NCBI GenBank assembly: GCA_964199315.1 | Contig: OZ116703.1 | Coordinates: forward strand, 9,238,001 to 9,302,000 | Direction of reading: 5' to 3' | Source: Orbicella franksi | Taxonomy: Eukaryota | Length of the DNA stretch: 64,000 nt | In this document: piece after piece, positions 46,101 through 59,100 of the stretch | Position numbering within the stretch: position 1 is the stretch's first letter | Layout: each line of letters opens with the position of its first letter | Program-made: the position numbers and the translations under genes | The notes under the pieces: model-generated | What the model saw: the letters and a program-made list of their open reading frames with translations, nothing else | Database searches by the model: none | Told to the model about the DNA's origin: nothing

Positions 46101-49100
46101 ATGAGCTAATAAAACTTGATAATAAAATGAGCTGTCTCTACGTTTCCAGACACCTAGCAGTTATTCAATGATTTTATACTAGTTCCAGGATGTTCAAAGC
46201 ACGATTAAGCTGATCCAGGACAAACTTAAATTTCCATTTCATTTTTGTAACGTTTCAGTTCCTTCGCCCTTCAGTTCTGACTCGGTAAGATGAAGAGGGG
46301 TTAAGTATCTGTTCGAGCTAAGCCCATCCGGCGAACGTTTATAAATCCGGTTTTTGTCACGTCATTCTGTAGAATGATGAGACAAGGAGTGTTTCTACTG
46401 AGCCCCTGGATGAGGTGCTAGTCCATCGGAGGGTTACTAAGAGAGGCACAGGTGTCTGACCCAAGTACACAACAGAATGGCCCCAGGCAGGGCTCGCACC
46501 CAGAGCATTTACTGCAGCGCATAATCCATTTGGCTGCTACTTGACTGGACTAATCTTAAAATATACAAAACAAAAATAGAATAAAAACACTTTAACTCTT
46601 ATGGTGGTTTCACTGTCGAGCCATCAAAAAGTAAAATCTTAGGCATTCAATAAATAAAGAATCTGGCACACGGCAGATGATTGATTTATAAACACCGTCG
46701 TCAAGATTTAGGTCTGTGCGGTTTTTCATTCGCGCTTTATTCAGAGAAGAGAAGTTTATTCGAAGTTTATTTGTGTTACCCAAATTTATAGAGCATTGTA
46801 TCGAGACGTAAAGTAACGGAAACATCTATCATTGAATTTTGCTACTGAGACGAAAACTCAGAACTCTAAAGCACCGACACATTGAAATTAATACTTCTTC
46901 TAAACTTAACTCAGAACTGTTTACTTAGCAAAAACGTGAGCGATAACTCATAGTTTGGCCTACGAGATAACCTTCAAGTCGGGCCGCCATTTTAATGTCA
47001 CCCAACGCAATATTTGGAAATTCAAACAAATTCAGTCGAACCCGGTCGAGCTCGAACGTTGTAAAATGTCAAATTCTTAGAGGGTCTTACATCTGATGGA
47101 ACTAGAACCTCGGAAGGATTGGTATTTTTTAAATTTTGGTATATGAATACATTACATGAAAATCAGGAACAGGGAGTGGGGCACCGGGACAGCGAGAAAG
47201 TGTCCGCGCTGATTTATGACTAAATATTCATGAAACTTGGATACTGTTCAAAATATACGGAGACCCGTCTCACGGGTCTTAAAGAAGCCCAGGCTAAATA
47301 AAGCCAACCGCTATTTTTTATTTGGTTAGAAAATATTCTTCTGGTCACTGATTTGATTCCCCGAGGAACCCTTGAAAGTTTGTTGACTTCCAAGCCTGCC
47401 CCTGGTGAGCACGGCAAGTACGAGAATATCAAATGTGCGCTGAATGATCGGGAGCTGATAAAAATTGCTCTCCAGATCGCCTCAGGAATGCAGCACTTGG
47501 AAAGCAAGAAGGTGCGTGATACATCGTGTACAGTGTACTTGTACTATGAAAATATAGTTCCGAAGTTTCTTGTTCTGGCTCTACAAGAAAACATAGCCAA
47601 GTTTTGCTGCGTCAAATGCCAAGAAAGGAAATGCATTTCATCTTCTCCGATTTGCAACAAATTGTCAATAAATGTCTAAGTGTATGTAAATATAGTTTCA
47701 CTGAAACGGAAGCTGTCTCCGCTTGAATAGTATAATGCAAAAAATTGCTTCTTGTTGAGGACAAAATTGGTCATTCAGCTGTGGAATTTTCCTGTACCTT
47801 CATTTCGTATGAAGTTATTTTGTAATCATGACGACCAAACGTTGCTCGCTTCGTCATAATGGCAACCTTTTGACTTCATAAAAGAATATCATAACTTCAT
47901 TTTACCAGTTGCTGCTGTTTTGAGCTAGGTTATTTTGCATGTTCCAGAATTTATGGAAACGCCTCATGTGCTTTTTTCTACAGTGTATTCATGGCGACTT
48001 AGCAGCAAGAAATGTCCTTATTGACGAAAATAAAGTTGCTAAACTTGGAGACTTTGGATTGGCAAGAGATATCTCAGATCGTGGCATATACAACAAGACG
48101 TCCAATGTAAGTGCAGGATAGACACCGAACACGCTGCCGTCAGACCCAAAAAAACACGGCTACTTTGCACCACAGAATGAACGCAAAAACGCAAAGAAAT
48201 TGCACGTCTCTTTTGTCAAGCGCAGGGAAGAAACGCGGGCGAATGAGTCAAATAGTTCGATATGGGCAGTGCGAGTATTTAAACAAAGAATACCAAACGT
48301 TGTTGTTTTTTTTCAAAAAACAGGTGGAATTGGTCTTTGTCAGTAAACTGTAATTTACTCTAAAAAGACTAAAAAGCTAAAAAGCGGAAAATGAATATTG
48401 ACGAGTCTACTTTTAAACAGACGTAATCTCTAGTTCCTGTATGTTACTGATATTAACCTTATAATTACGTTGAAAATTGCAATAACTCAACATATCTCAT
48501 ATTATATCCATGGAAAGCAGGTTTCGGTTCGATATATACTGGCGAAAGCTATTTTCCTCGGGTCATGCAATATATGTCTCATTCAATAAGCCAATACGTT
48601 TTATCATCAGAAATCAAACTAGGGTGTATTCATTTACTTTCATGTCAGTTAGTAATACCTGAGTACATTTTCTTCAACAGGGTAAGGTCGCCTGGAGATG
48701 GCTGTCTTTAGAATCATTGAGATATCTAGTCTATACATCACAGAGTGACGTGTAAGTAACGGAATCATGCTGTGTGCGTCAAATTCCAATAAGTGAGCTT
48801 TCTTGCTTGTTTTAAAATTGTCACGCCTTTTGTCACACCTTCTGCAACGAGGACTGAGCGACATCCAGGACAACACCTGGGAGAGGCTTAGTCTGCGTTT
48901 TATGTTTTACTTAAGAATCTTGCAATTGATGCATTCGGCGTATGTATTGACTTCCAACCAATAAAAACGTTCTCCAGTGCAGGCAGAATTTGGTCATCTT
49001 ACTCCGCTATTGTTTAAAGCTCGAGGGGCTTTTGAGGTCTTTCTCCTGTAACTGCTAGTGAATTGAAATCATTACGATGAAAATTTGATTAATAGAAAGT

Positions 49101-50439
49101 ACAAAAAACATTTCTTTTAAGGTCCATAACATGTAATAATGACGTCAAATGACGCGGAAATGACGCCGTCATTTTCTAATATTTGTCATATCTTGGATTA
49201 GCTTAGGAACTCTATTAAATGTCAGGAAACTATAGAAATGGCTCAATAATACTCAAAACGGATGAAAAAAAAAGAGCTGAATAAAAATGTGAAAGTTACT
49301 GGAATCAAGCTGAAGCATTGTTTTAAACACAACAAAATTCAAAATTCCACATAGTCTGAGTAGACTTGTGAGTTATTCTTGTTAATTCTTATCTTTTTTT
49401 TTTTTTTTTCAGATGGTCTTTTGGTATTGTCTTATGGGAAATTACCACCTTTGGTAAGTCTGTGAACATTTTTATGCACGTGGAAATGATTAAAGTACAA
49501 TTAGATTTACTGCTCGAGATTTTCAAAGGTGGTGAAAACGAAAACCTCTGGCAACTGGAACAAGGAATGGACACGCGCTTCAAATTCTAACTGCTTGCAT
49601 TTCGCTCTTGAATCAATTAATTGGTGACTAGGCCTCGTGTTCAGTACAGATCGAAATAATAATTATGCTTATGCTTTTTACCTTTTTTTCAATTTTGTTT
49701 TAAAAATGTATCTAAATTTTAAATTTATTCGTTTGAGTTATTTTTACAGTGGATTCAACTTATTCTAATTTCTATTACTTGTGCATGTATCGAAGCTGAA
49801 CCTTATTTCATCGCCTTATCAGGTCAGCTCCCGTACCCTGATATAGGAACACCACGAGCTCTTGTAAGTTTCCTCTCCTCAGGAAGACGGATGCCTCGTC
49901 CCGACCATTGCACTGAGGAACTGTAAGTTCAGTATTCTGCTGCCACAATTATTTCAAATTACTAACCACTGACCTTTGTGTTTGGCCGGCACTTTCAAGA
50001 ACTCGGGCCTATCGGCTCCTAGTACTGCAGAAAAATCTCGCGTAAAGAGCGTTTAACTCGAGCTTCCTTCAAATTCTCCAAACATGAATGATAATAAAAG
50101 ATAAAGTACACTATATTTATTGTGAAAAGCTTCTTCATGGACGATGACATAATCTATGTTTCACATTTAATGTCCATTTTTCGACGGCGTTCACGTTCCC
50201 CGCCCACATTCCTCTTTCTTCCAAGCTAATGCAGTGTAATACAATGCCATTAAATGCTATTTTATGCAATGTCATGACATCACATTTCTTGCCAAATGCT
50301 GTGATTTGATGTGATAGTATTATCTTATTTTGTTTACAGATATGCACTTATGCAAAGCTGTTGGATGGAAAACCCCTTGATGAGGCCTACTTTTGAAGAC
50401 ATGACAAAACGGATCAAATGTCTCTTAAAGATATTTAAG
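40106..50439 (+). CDS. Receptor tyrosine kinase with two Ig domains (FGFR/RET-like kinase), at least 13 exons, >807 aa; last exon uncertain (~51275-51427)
   Basis: Phase-consistent GT-AG exons: 40106-40226 (signal peptide), 40633-40944 (Ig1), 42416-42712 (Ig2), 43317-43346, 43772-43905 (TM), 44521-45319 (juxtamembrane, GEGEFG, VAVK), 45961-46071, 47330-47511, 47984-48106 ([11 protein letters not shown]), 48681-48751, 49413-49453 (WSFG), 49823-49922, 50340-50439. Confidence 0.92.
46313..46540 (-). mobile_element. Degenerate SINE copy in an RTK intron
   Basis: Reverse-complement similarity to 13684-13988 (e.g. gagtgtttctact..ccctggatg..gctagtccatcg, ggcagggctcgcaccc). Confidence 0.65.
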
Positions 50440-52178
50440 GTATGTGTCGCTGGTTTACTTGTTACGGTAACTGTCAGTGCTTCTAACAATTCTATAGCGT
50501 TTTTTCTCCCTTTTTCTGTTTCTGTACATTTGTACTCTTATACAAGCTTTACTGAAAAAGATCTCGTTGGTAAATTTCTATTATGTGGTTTGTAACATTT
50601 CTGAAACTCATGAATAATCCATCAAGTTTAAACGAAGGAAATAGGACCGTGACGGTGTTTGGATATCCGATCTTAATTAGCATAGATTTTTACGATTTGA
50701 ATTCTCAATTTTCTCCTTCGATTGATGGCGGATAGAAGAAATATCAAACACTCAAGACCGTGTTTGACCACATTACCAAACACCTCGAAGTTTGTCAAAA
50801 AATTCTCCGCTGCGTGTCGAATTTTCATCTTTCTTCTCGGTGTTTGGAACAGGCAAGACCGTGTTTGATCGCATCTCCAGAGACCGATGAGATCGTTCAA
50901 AATATGACGCGTAGCGGAGCATTTCTGACAAGCTTTGAGCAATTTCTCTGTATGTGATCAGAACTAAAACCCATCCCATCTGTCACTTCTGAAATGCTAA
51001 AATGCACGTTATTTTAAGCAACTCGGTAGTCGTCTAGGTTGTTAAGTAGTCAGCAGTACCTAGTTTAGCTTACTGCTTACCTTTCACCAGCCACTGACAC
51101 TATTCTGCGTACCAAAAGAGTCCGATTCCGAGTCACTTCCAAGTCACCCATTTCTTGTAATGTTAGAAGAAATGAATACCAAAACGTAAGCCAGAACATA
51201 ATTATACTGTGCCAAATTAGAAATCTCAGTCCGTGTCTTCGGCGTCTATAATTTCTATTTTTCTGCATATAAAGCCGATAAATATAAACACATACCGATA
51301 TATGCAGCCAACAAATAGTTTTTTCTTTGGGTTTGCCATGTCAACCGAGCTCATGTGGAATTCCAGTGACTTTTGGCACCCTTATTCTATTCTGCATATG
51401 CAGACGATGAATACAAACACATTCTAATATAGGCAGAGAACAAATTTATTTGCGTCGTGATTGCCGTGTCAACCTCGATTATGTCCATATAAGCAGGTTA
51501 TTTTCAGCATCCCGTGGACACGTCATTAATGAGTTTAGAAAAACTACAATGACAACCGCAAAGGGAAAAAGGTTTACTGAGGATTACAATGGCGTACCAG
51601 TGCATTAGAATTCTTAGTACATTTCTTTGCTGTCCTCTTCATTATCAAAACAACAATAGGGAGCTTTACCAATGACGACATGGATGTCGAGGACAACGCC
51701 TCATAAAATATGGATTTAAATTTTACCTTGCAATGTCGCAATCGCGTAGATTTGTTCAGTATGCCTATCGGTCTAAAAACTTGCTCAGGCAAAATATGCA
51801 ATGACAGTGTTCATTTCCAAAGGAAGACAAGAAAAGTTAGCCACTGCGGTTCACGTTCTCCAAAATACGGAGAACTTAGTCATTTCACGTCGTTGTTTTG
51901 CAGAGGACTGCAAAGAAATGCACAAAGATTTATAACGCACGTGCACAGCTATTGTGTTGCTCATTAACCCTTTAGTTTGATAACATTCTCGTAGCCTTTG
52001 CCGTCGTGGTTTACTAAGGCTCCCCAATATGAAATGACCAAATTCTGTGTTGTGTGGAAAACGTGAACCTCGACGGCGAATTTTTGAAATATATATTTCG
52101 AATTTTACGCTGCGTTCCATATTCAGTTTGGAGAAAGAGAGACAAACTAAATGGCGTTAGATTATCCTTAGATGCGTA

Positions 52179-52810
52179 CCCTTACCAAAACAGCTGTATT
52201 TTTAAACTGATTTTAAACTGTTTTGAACGTATTTTGACGATTTAAACAGTATTTTGAAGTCACTATAGGGTATTTTTGTCCTATTTTGTACAAAATTCAA
52301 AATTTTGCTTCTTGTTTGTAATGTATTTCAAGTATAGTTAAAACCTACTTCATGATATTGGAATGATTTTCACTCTGTTTTTAACGTAGTTTGAGCTCAA
52401 AACAGGGTTTAAATAGGGGATTTAAAATCTATTTTAATACTATGGCCACAAAAATTTCGTTCAAACAGTTTAAAAATTCTAGTTAAACCCTGTTTTGAAA
52501 GTTATGTTGGCAATGGCCGTAGGTTTAAAAAGTATTTTACAAATTTTCAGTGTTAAAATAGTCTTTAAATAGGATATTTAAAATGTAGTTGACATGCCAA
52601 GAACATAAAATATGTTTTAAATAGGAAGTTTAAAACCTATTTGAGATAGCAATTCATATTATAAGCTTTAAAATACAACCAAAACAGTCTGTTTTAAACA
52701 TACATGTATTTTAAGTTTTAATCAGGCGAGTATACTATTTAAATAGTAGTTTTAAATAATGACAATAATGTCTATCTTAAAAACAGATTTTAAATACACT
52801 ATTTTTGCAC
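52179..52810. repeat. AT-rich segment packed with TTTAAA/GTATTTTAA-like motifs; candidate transposon end
   Basis: Begins TA|CCCTTACCAAAACAG and carries dense short repeats. No matching right end seen in the window. Confidence 0.4.
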
Positions 52811-54707
52811 TATTTATAAATCTAGCCCAATGGAAATTTATAATTCAATCAACATAATTTGCATCCCCTTTTTGAAAACTGCTTTAGTGTGTAAGCTTTT
52901 AAGACTCTCTCAATATCAAAATCAATCAAAAATTTAGCCAAGCCAAAAACATGAATCTGTGGACAAACAAACCTTTTCGCAAAATAGCACTCTCTTGCCG
53001 CCCTGCATGTACATGTATTCCTGTCTTTCTTTTTTTTCGAAGTATCAAGCACTGTTTATAACCAAAATGGCAGGCAAAGACTGAACAACTCCAGGACTTC
53101 CCAGAGGAGTTTTTCGAAAGGCGTTAAAGTAAATCCCAGTCTTCTCTAAAAGGACATGGTCACAGATGCCATGTTTGTTCACAAGTGAGGTTCAGGTTGA
53201 GAGCATGTGCTAAGCCGCATGTACATGCACAATATATAAGTTCTATCAAAAGTGTCATCACTTTAAAAATTTACCAGGAGCAATCAAATCTCTGAAAGCA
53301 GCAACTAATAACTCAAGGAAAATTGATCCAAGTAATTGGTTGACATTACTTATTACTGATTGGGGCTACTCCTAATGGCAAAACATGCCATCACTCACAA
53401 AGTAGACCAGAATTAAGATCTCACAATCAAATCACAAAAAAATCACATCTACTCAATATTAAAAAGAAAATTTCAAGGTACATGTAACTAGCTTGCAGTA
53501 ATTAGCAAATTATTGATTGTGGTCAGTCATCATGTACGTGCTTCAAGATTACATAATTTACATACATGTAATTTTGGCAGAAAGTGTCCCACTCACAGTG
53601 TGCACATGAAAGATCTCAAAACAAATCACAAGAAATGACAACCACTGAATATGAAAAAGAAAATTGCTTGTAGTAATCAGCCAGTTATTTATTGTGGTCC
53701 TTCATCATGGTATACATGCTTCAAGATCTTGCAAAAGTGCTGTCACTCACAAAGTACACCAAAATCAAGATCTCACAACCAAATTCCTTTTTTTTTTGTT
53801 CTCTCAAACAATTCTTTTTTTCCTGTTTCCCATATGAGCAGTTACAGTTTTCCAGATTTGACAGTCATTTAATTTTGAAGTCAAAAGTGGTTTGAACTAA
53901 TATTTGTGTACAACAGTTTAGTCATTATTGTTAACAATGTAGGAAATCCATTTTTTTTTTTTTGTCTAAACAGTTGTTAATGATAAAAGTTGTTGTTCCA
54001 GTCTGTTATGAGCAGACTTATGTTGAATTTAGTGGTTGGTTTCAATGACAGATGCTGTGACCAGGCTAATATTATGAGAGTCTGTGCTCTGATCTGTTAA
54101 CAAGAGGCATTCACTACTAACAGCACAGCAAGCTGGCAAAAAGTGCCAGTTCCACAATAACTGTGAATAATAATTATTATTGGATGAGGTTGAGCAAAAT
54201 ATCAAGATTTGTCAGTGGCAAGCAGATCAATTATTTCCCGAAGCTGAAGGCTGAGGCAAATAATTGATCTGTGACCACCCAGTTTGGTTTCACATTTAAA
54301 TCACTCTCTGACAGCTCAGCGAAGCGATCTGCCATTTAAATTATTTCACCTGAGAGCTTGGTTTCAATTACACATGAGAGGAAAATTTAATATTATTTGC
54401 AGCAAACACATTTACACGGCACTATGCATGAGCAGATCATTATTTGTAGGCAGTTATTTACACGTCACTTGGTGGGCTCTCTGCCAATAAAAAGGAAGAC
54501 AAAATGCACCAAATGATAAAAAGTTTTATTTTTCAGTTGTCAACAATAACATTTCAGAACACCTAGAGGCCTTTGCGCATTTGCTTGGATGCCATCTTGC
54601 AAACTAGAGCACAAGCTTCAAGATCTCGTGAACAACAACTACCGAACCAAGACTTGGAACATTTCATTATTAATTATGTACATGAATCAACTGCATTATC
54701 CACTTAC

Positions 54708-55053
54708 CCATTCATTCATGTCCTAGTGGGCTATTCTGTAACTGGTTAAATTTACTCTGTTTCTTGAAAATGTTACAAGCAAAAGTGAATAAAGAACCCT
54801 CACTGGACCACATAAAAATGCCTTGGTGGTAAATCACACTGGTTCCGCAAATCTTTCCCAACTTAATTGTTTCATCTGCTTCAGTTTCTTGCAAAGAATG
54901 AAATACTTCAGCTACATGTAGTTTTCTGTGTTTTCATCCTTCTCTTATTACTTTGTCCTCTTGTCTTTCATTATTTTTTCTTCTTCTTGCCAGGTAATTT
55001 CTTCTTCCTGAACCTTGGTTGTGCTTAGCCATATTTTTTGGAAATATATCAAC
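54708..55053 (-). pseudogene. Exon-like segment of a decayed gene divergent from the KDZ transposase
   Basis: CAG acceptor, ATG at 55032, MAKHNQGSGRRNYLARRRK...FACNIFKKQSKF and a GTAAGT donor. Two in-frame TGA codons (54934-54936, 54712-54714). Confidence 0.35.
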
Positions 55054-55759
55054 CTGCCACATAAATATAGTGCATTCATCTAATCAAAAATTTGTTGAAT
55101 TTGAACTACACTGAATGCTTGTCTATCCCCCACTGAAGGTCAAAACTAACATGTGCATGGGGAGAAGTCCCTATCACTAGGCCCTTCAACCATTTTCCAG
55201 AGCCCCTTTGTGTGAATATCATTTTTGCCAAGAAATCTACACCCATAATAGAGAAGAATGAAAATAATTAAAGTAAAATTAACGATAGAAACAATAGGAC
55301 GAATACAGGTTGAGTGACACCTAAAGTCGCAACCAAAATGCAAGGATTCGACTGTCCATGGCAGGCTTGGATTTCATGTGTTATAGCATGCAATTACTCA
55401 ATACATGAACATGTGTACAACACATTCTTTCACGACAACAAAGTGCGATTCCATTCATTCGAATGTCCCAATTTTGTTCTTCGAGTGTTCGGACCCAATC
55501 GTTCGATTAAGTTCGATTGATTTCGATAAAGTTCGTTTAATCGAACGTTCCATTTGGTACGTGATTAGTTACGTCTGGAGCAAAGCCATGCATCTAAGAG
55601 AAAGCTTCTTTTATGAATAAACATTTGGCGCATCCAACCAAGAAATCGCCAAGCATTACCCGCGTATGTCTCAATGTAAAATACCTGAGAATACGCTTCA
55701 AAAAGTTACGAGGGTTGTAAACAAAAAAATGAAGTTTAAGCAGATAAAATAAACAGATA

Positions 55760-56147
55760 CCGTACCGTTAAAAATCCTGGGCTAAGAACTACATGTATAT
55801 CCAATGTGGCGATCGATGCGATCCTCTTGCTTCGTTTTGGCGGTCGTAACTTTTGGCGCAAACGGATTTTCCGGTCGATTTTCCGCTGACCCGCGGGTGC
55901 CCGGTTCACTCGATACACACTGGGTATCACCCGTAAAAATGATACCCAAATTACCGGGCAGCAGCCGCTGTAGTACGTACTATAGTACGGTATATATGAT
56001 ATGAAGTCGAGCATAATGGCGGCTTGACCGGAGGTGCACATACAGGAGAAATTTGGACAGCTACAGAGCTTTTTTCAGTTAAAAAGAGCGTATTCGGGAT
56101 TTATACTGGGAATTTTTCCTATTTACGTGAACACGAAAGCAAAGGTC
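55760..56147. promoter_or_regulatory. CpG-rich island, candidate bidirectional promoter
   Basis: Locally CpG- and GC-rich relative to its flanks. Lies between the KDZ ATG (56148) and a minus-strand donor near 55764. Confidence 0.35.
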
Positions 56148-59100
56148 ATGGGCCGGTTAGTGTTTTTTTTTTTTTGGATAACTTAAATGTGATGTAGCGA
56201 TTCGTTTTGTTTTGAAATTCAGCTAATCCTTTACCTGAGGTTTCTCTTTCTTATGCTTATGACTACCTTCCTTTATTTTAATTCCTCAGCCGAAGGAAAC
56301 GTTTTAGGGCAGAAGTGAACGTGAGGTATCACCAAGAAGATGGTGTCCAAACTAACAGGTTGGAGCGGCTGAACGCTGTTGGCGAGACGAATGGTATAGG
56401 GTTTAGTGGTAATGCTGATGCCGATGAGCCGGGCCATGAAATTGATTTAAATGCTGCAGCACCGGACATGGAACAATCAGATGAAAGTGATGGAGCAGAG
56501 ACGTCCACCACCAATCACTACCAGAGGCTGCAAAGAGCAGGGAATGCTTGGTCAAAGCTACGAGAGGGTGTTTTGGCAACAACAATTGAAAACCAAGCGT
56601 CTTTATTTGATGAGAGGTGCCACTTCTGTGAATCAGAAGCTGGTGTCTGTCGTTGTCTTGACTGTGGACCTTCAGTCAGCTTTTGCAAGTCTTGTGCTGT
56701 TTCAAGGCACACCAAATATAACATTTTTCATCACGTTGAAATTTTAACTGTAAGTCTTCTCTCCGGTTTATACTTTGTAGTTGTAAGTTTTGAAAAGTAG
56801 AAGTAAGCGTGATACAGTACGTTCAAACCTTGCCCTTAATTTTACAAAGACATTTGGTTACTCTTGCCTTTCTTCTATTTGTGTTTTCTTCGTTATGTAA
56901 AAGCTTGGTCTTTTAAGGCATCTGCAGTCCACTCTGTTTTATTGACTATCAGTGACTCAGCCTCAACCCACAAATATAGGTTCACCTAATTTTGTAGTTT
57001 GTGTGTAGTTCATTGTTTGTCATTCATGAGATTATTAGCATGTGTAAGACCCACCAAGTCAGCTTAGAGATCTTTCCAAGATATGAAGGCCAACTATTTA
57101 AAGTTGTGTTCCATAAACAAAGTGGGGTCTCCTGTTTTCGTAGGGGATCATGGCCTGCTGACGATTTTTATAAGCACATGCATTGAAATGGCTGATTTCT
57201 TTATTCAACACACCTGTTGCATTGTAGGCTGTTGATGTGTGGTGCAATCATATTAGTTTATTCAGTTGTATTACAGATTTATAGTTATGTTGAATGATCT
57301 AAATTGTATTTTTAATGTTTCAATTAAATATGTGTTTTGTTTAGGACTTAAAGATCTATGTCCCCTTAGAAATGGAGCGAATCTTGGTACTTGGCGACCA
57401 TCATTGTTCTAGTACATCTACTACTGGTAGCTCTGTCCTTTTCCGTGAAGTAACTGTTGTAGACTCTCGAGGTTAGATATGTCAGCTAGCTTACTATGGT
57501 GCCGTGGAGTGTCTAATCTTATGTAGACAGCAATTTAATGTTACATATCAGTCTTCATAAGTACATATAATTTTTATCTTTAAGTCCCAATTTATAAAAA
57601 AAAAAGAGAAAAGGATGTGTCTGCCACAGGGCATACAGTAATGTTAAGATCCTGATATAGGCTTCTTCGTAAGTACATTTAATTGTGATCTTTCAGCCCC
57701 AGTTTGAGAAAATGAGGATGTGTGTACTAAAGAGCGAACAGTAATGTTAAGATTCTTCTAGAGGCAAATTGATATTAATAGTAGTTGTAAATCTTGTTTG
57801 TGGGAGAGGCAACAAACAGTGAGTTGGTATATTGTTAATTTTAGGATTCTGTTCTGTAAGAACATGCCTTGCTGGTGTGTATATTCATTGACAGTGCACA
57901 TTTTCTGTAGACAGTTCTTCATATGTATACATGTATAAATTATGTAATCTATCTATATTTATATTTATGTAGGCTATCAAACAAAAGTGAAGGTGCAGTT
58001 TTGTAACTGTGAACCCGATTTTCTGCGGCTGTTACGTTTCAATCTTTGGGGTGCAACACCAACAAACCCTGAGTTGGCATTCACTCTTGATTTGATGAAG
58101 CTACTACACACCCTGAATCTTGAGTGTCAAGTAGCTGTTAAAGACTTCTGTGCTGCCCTTGAGATCCTGACAGATGATGTTATCGTCTTTTCAGTGAGGA
58201 CCACCTTTGATTCATATTCTTTCTTGTAATATTATTCTTTATTTTCTGCATCTATTTCTTTATGCTTCCATGTTTTAAGAGCAAAGTAGGCTGTTTGTGC
58301 CTTAAACAATCTTGCTTGTTTTTGAAGTACAACAGTGCTCGTTGCTTATTTCTCACAGTATATATAATGATGATACCACATCATTTGTAGGTATTTCTGT
58401 TATATTTTTGGAACCCTCCTGTATTTTGATATATCCCACCATTAGTTTTTACCTTAGGAATACTTACCTCAAAACACTGTGGGTATGAAATTTAGGTTTA
58501 AGATATAACCAACAAGTTGCGGCTTGTACATTACTTTAGATATGCATGTGTGCCTTTTCAGACAATTTTTGTTCCAAGGATTGCGATGGCTGTCTGTTTA
58601 CATTGTACCTATAACTGGTTTGTTTTTAGAACCAAAGAAAGCTATATCCAGTGGTCATAGACAGTCTTGAAGAATTTAGGTTTGTTCTATTTTTATGTCT
58701 CCTTACACCTTACTTATTATTGAACTACATTTGTAGTACTAGTTACTATTTATTTGTATTAAGTGTTGAGCTCTGAACAGTACAATGTTGCTGTTTTTTT
58801 GCATGTTATATTGTCATAAACTATCCACTCTTAAGTTCACAGTTAGTGCTTGTAATGCTGTTGAAACTATAGTGTGTCCTGCATGTCCCAAGGTATGGAG
58901 AATGGTGAGGTCAATATTGTAAGTACAGTGAATGTCTTAATTGACAATCTGACATCCTTTGATTGAAACAGAAGGAGATGGGAATGGCTGATATTGCCTG
59001 AGATTGTATGTTGATGACCTTTGAACACTATACTTTTAGTTCACTGTTGGGACTTCTAGTTAGCTTTGAATCCCTTAAGCCTGTTTGAAATTGTTTTGCT

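Noticed and set aside
52800-56100. TET/JBP dioxygenase cargo expected beside a KDZ transposase
   Set aside because: No HxD...H...R arrangement could be assembled on either strand.
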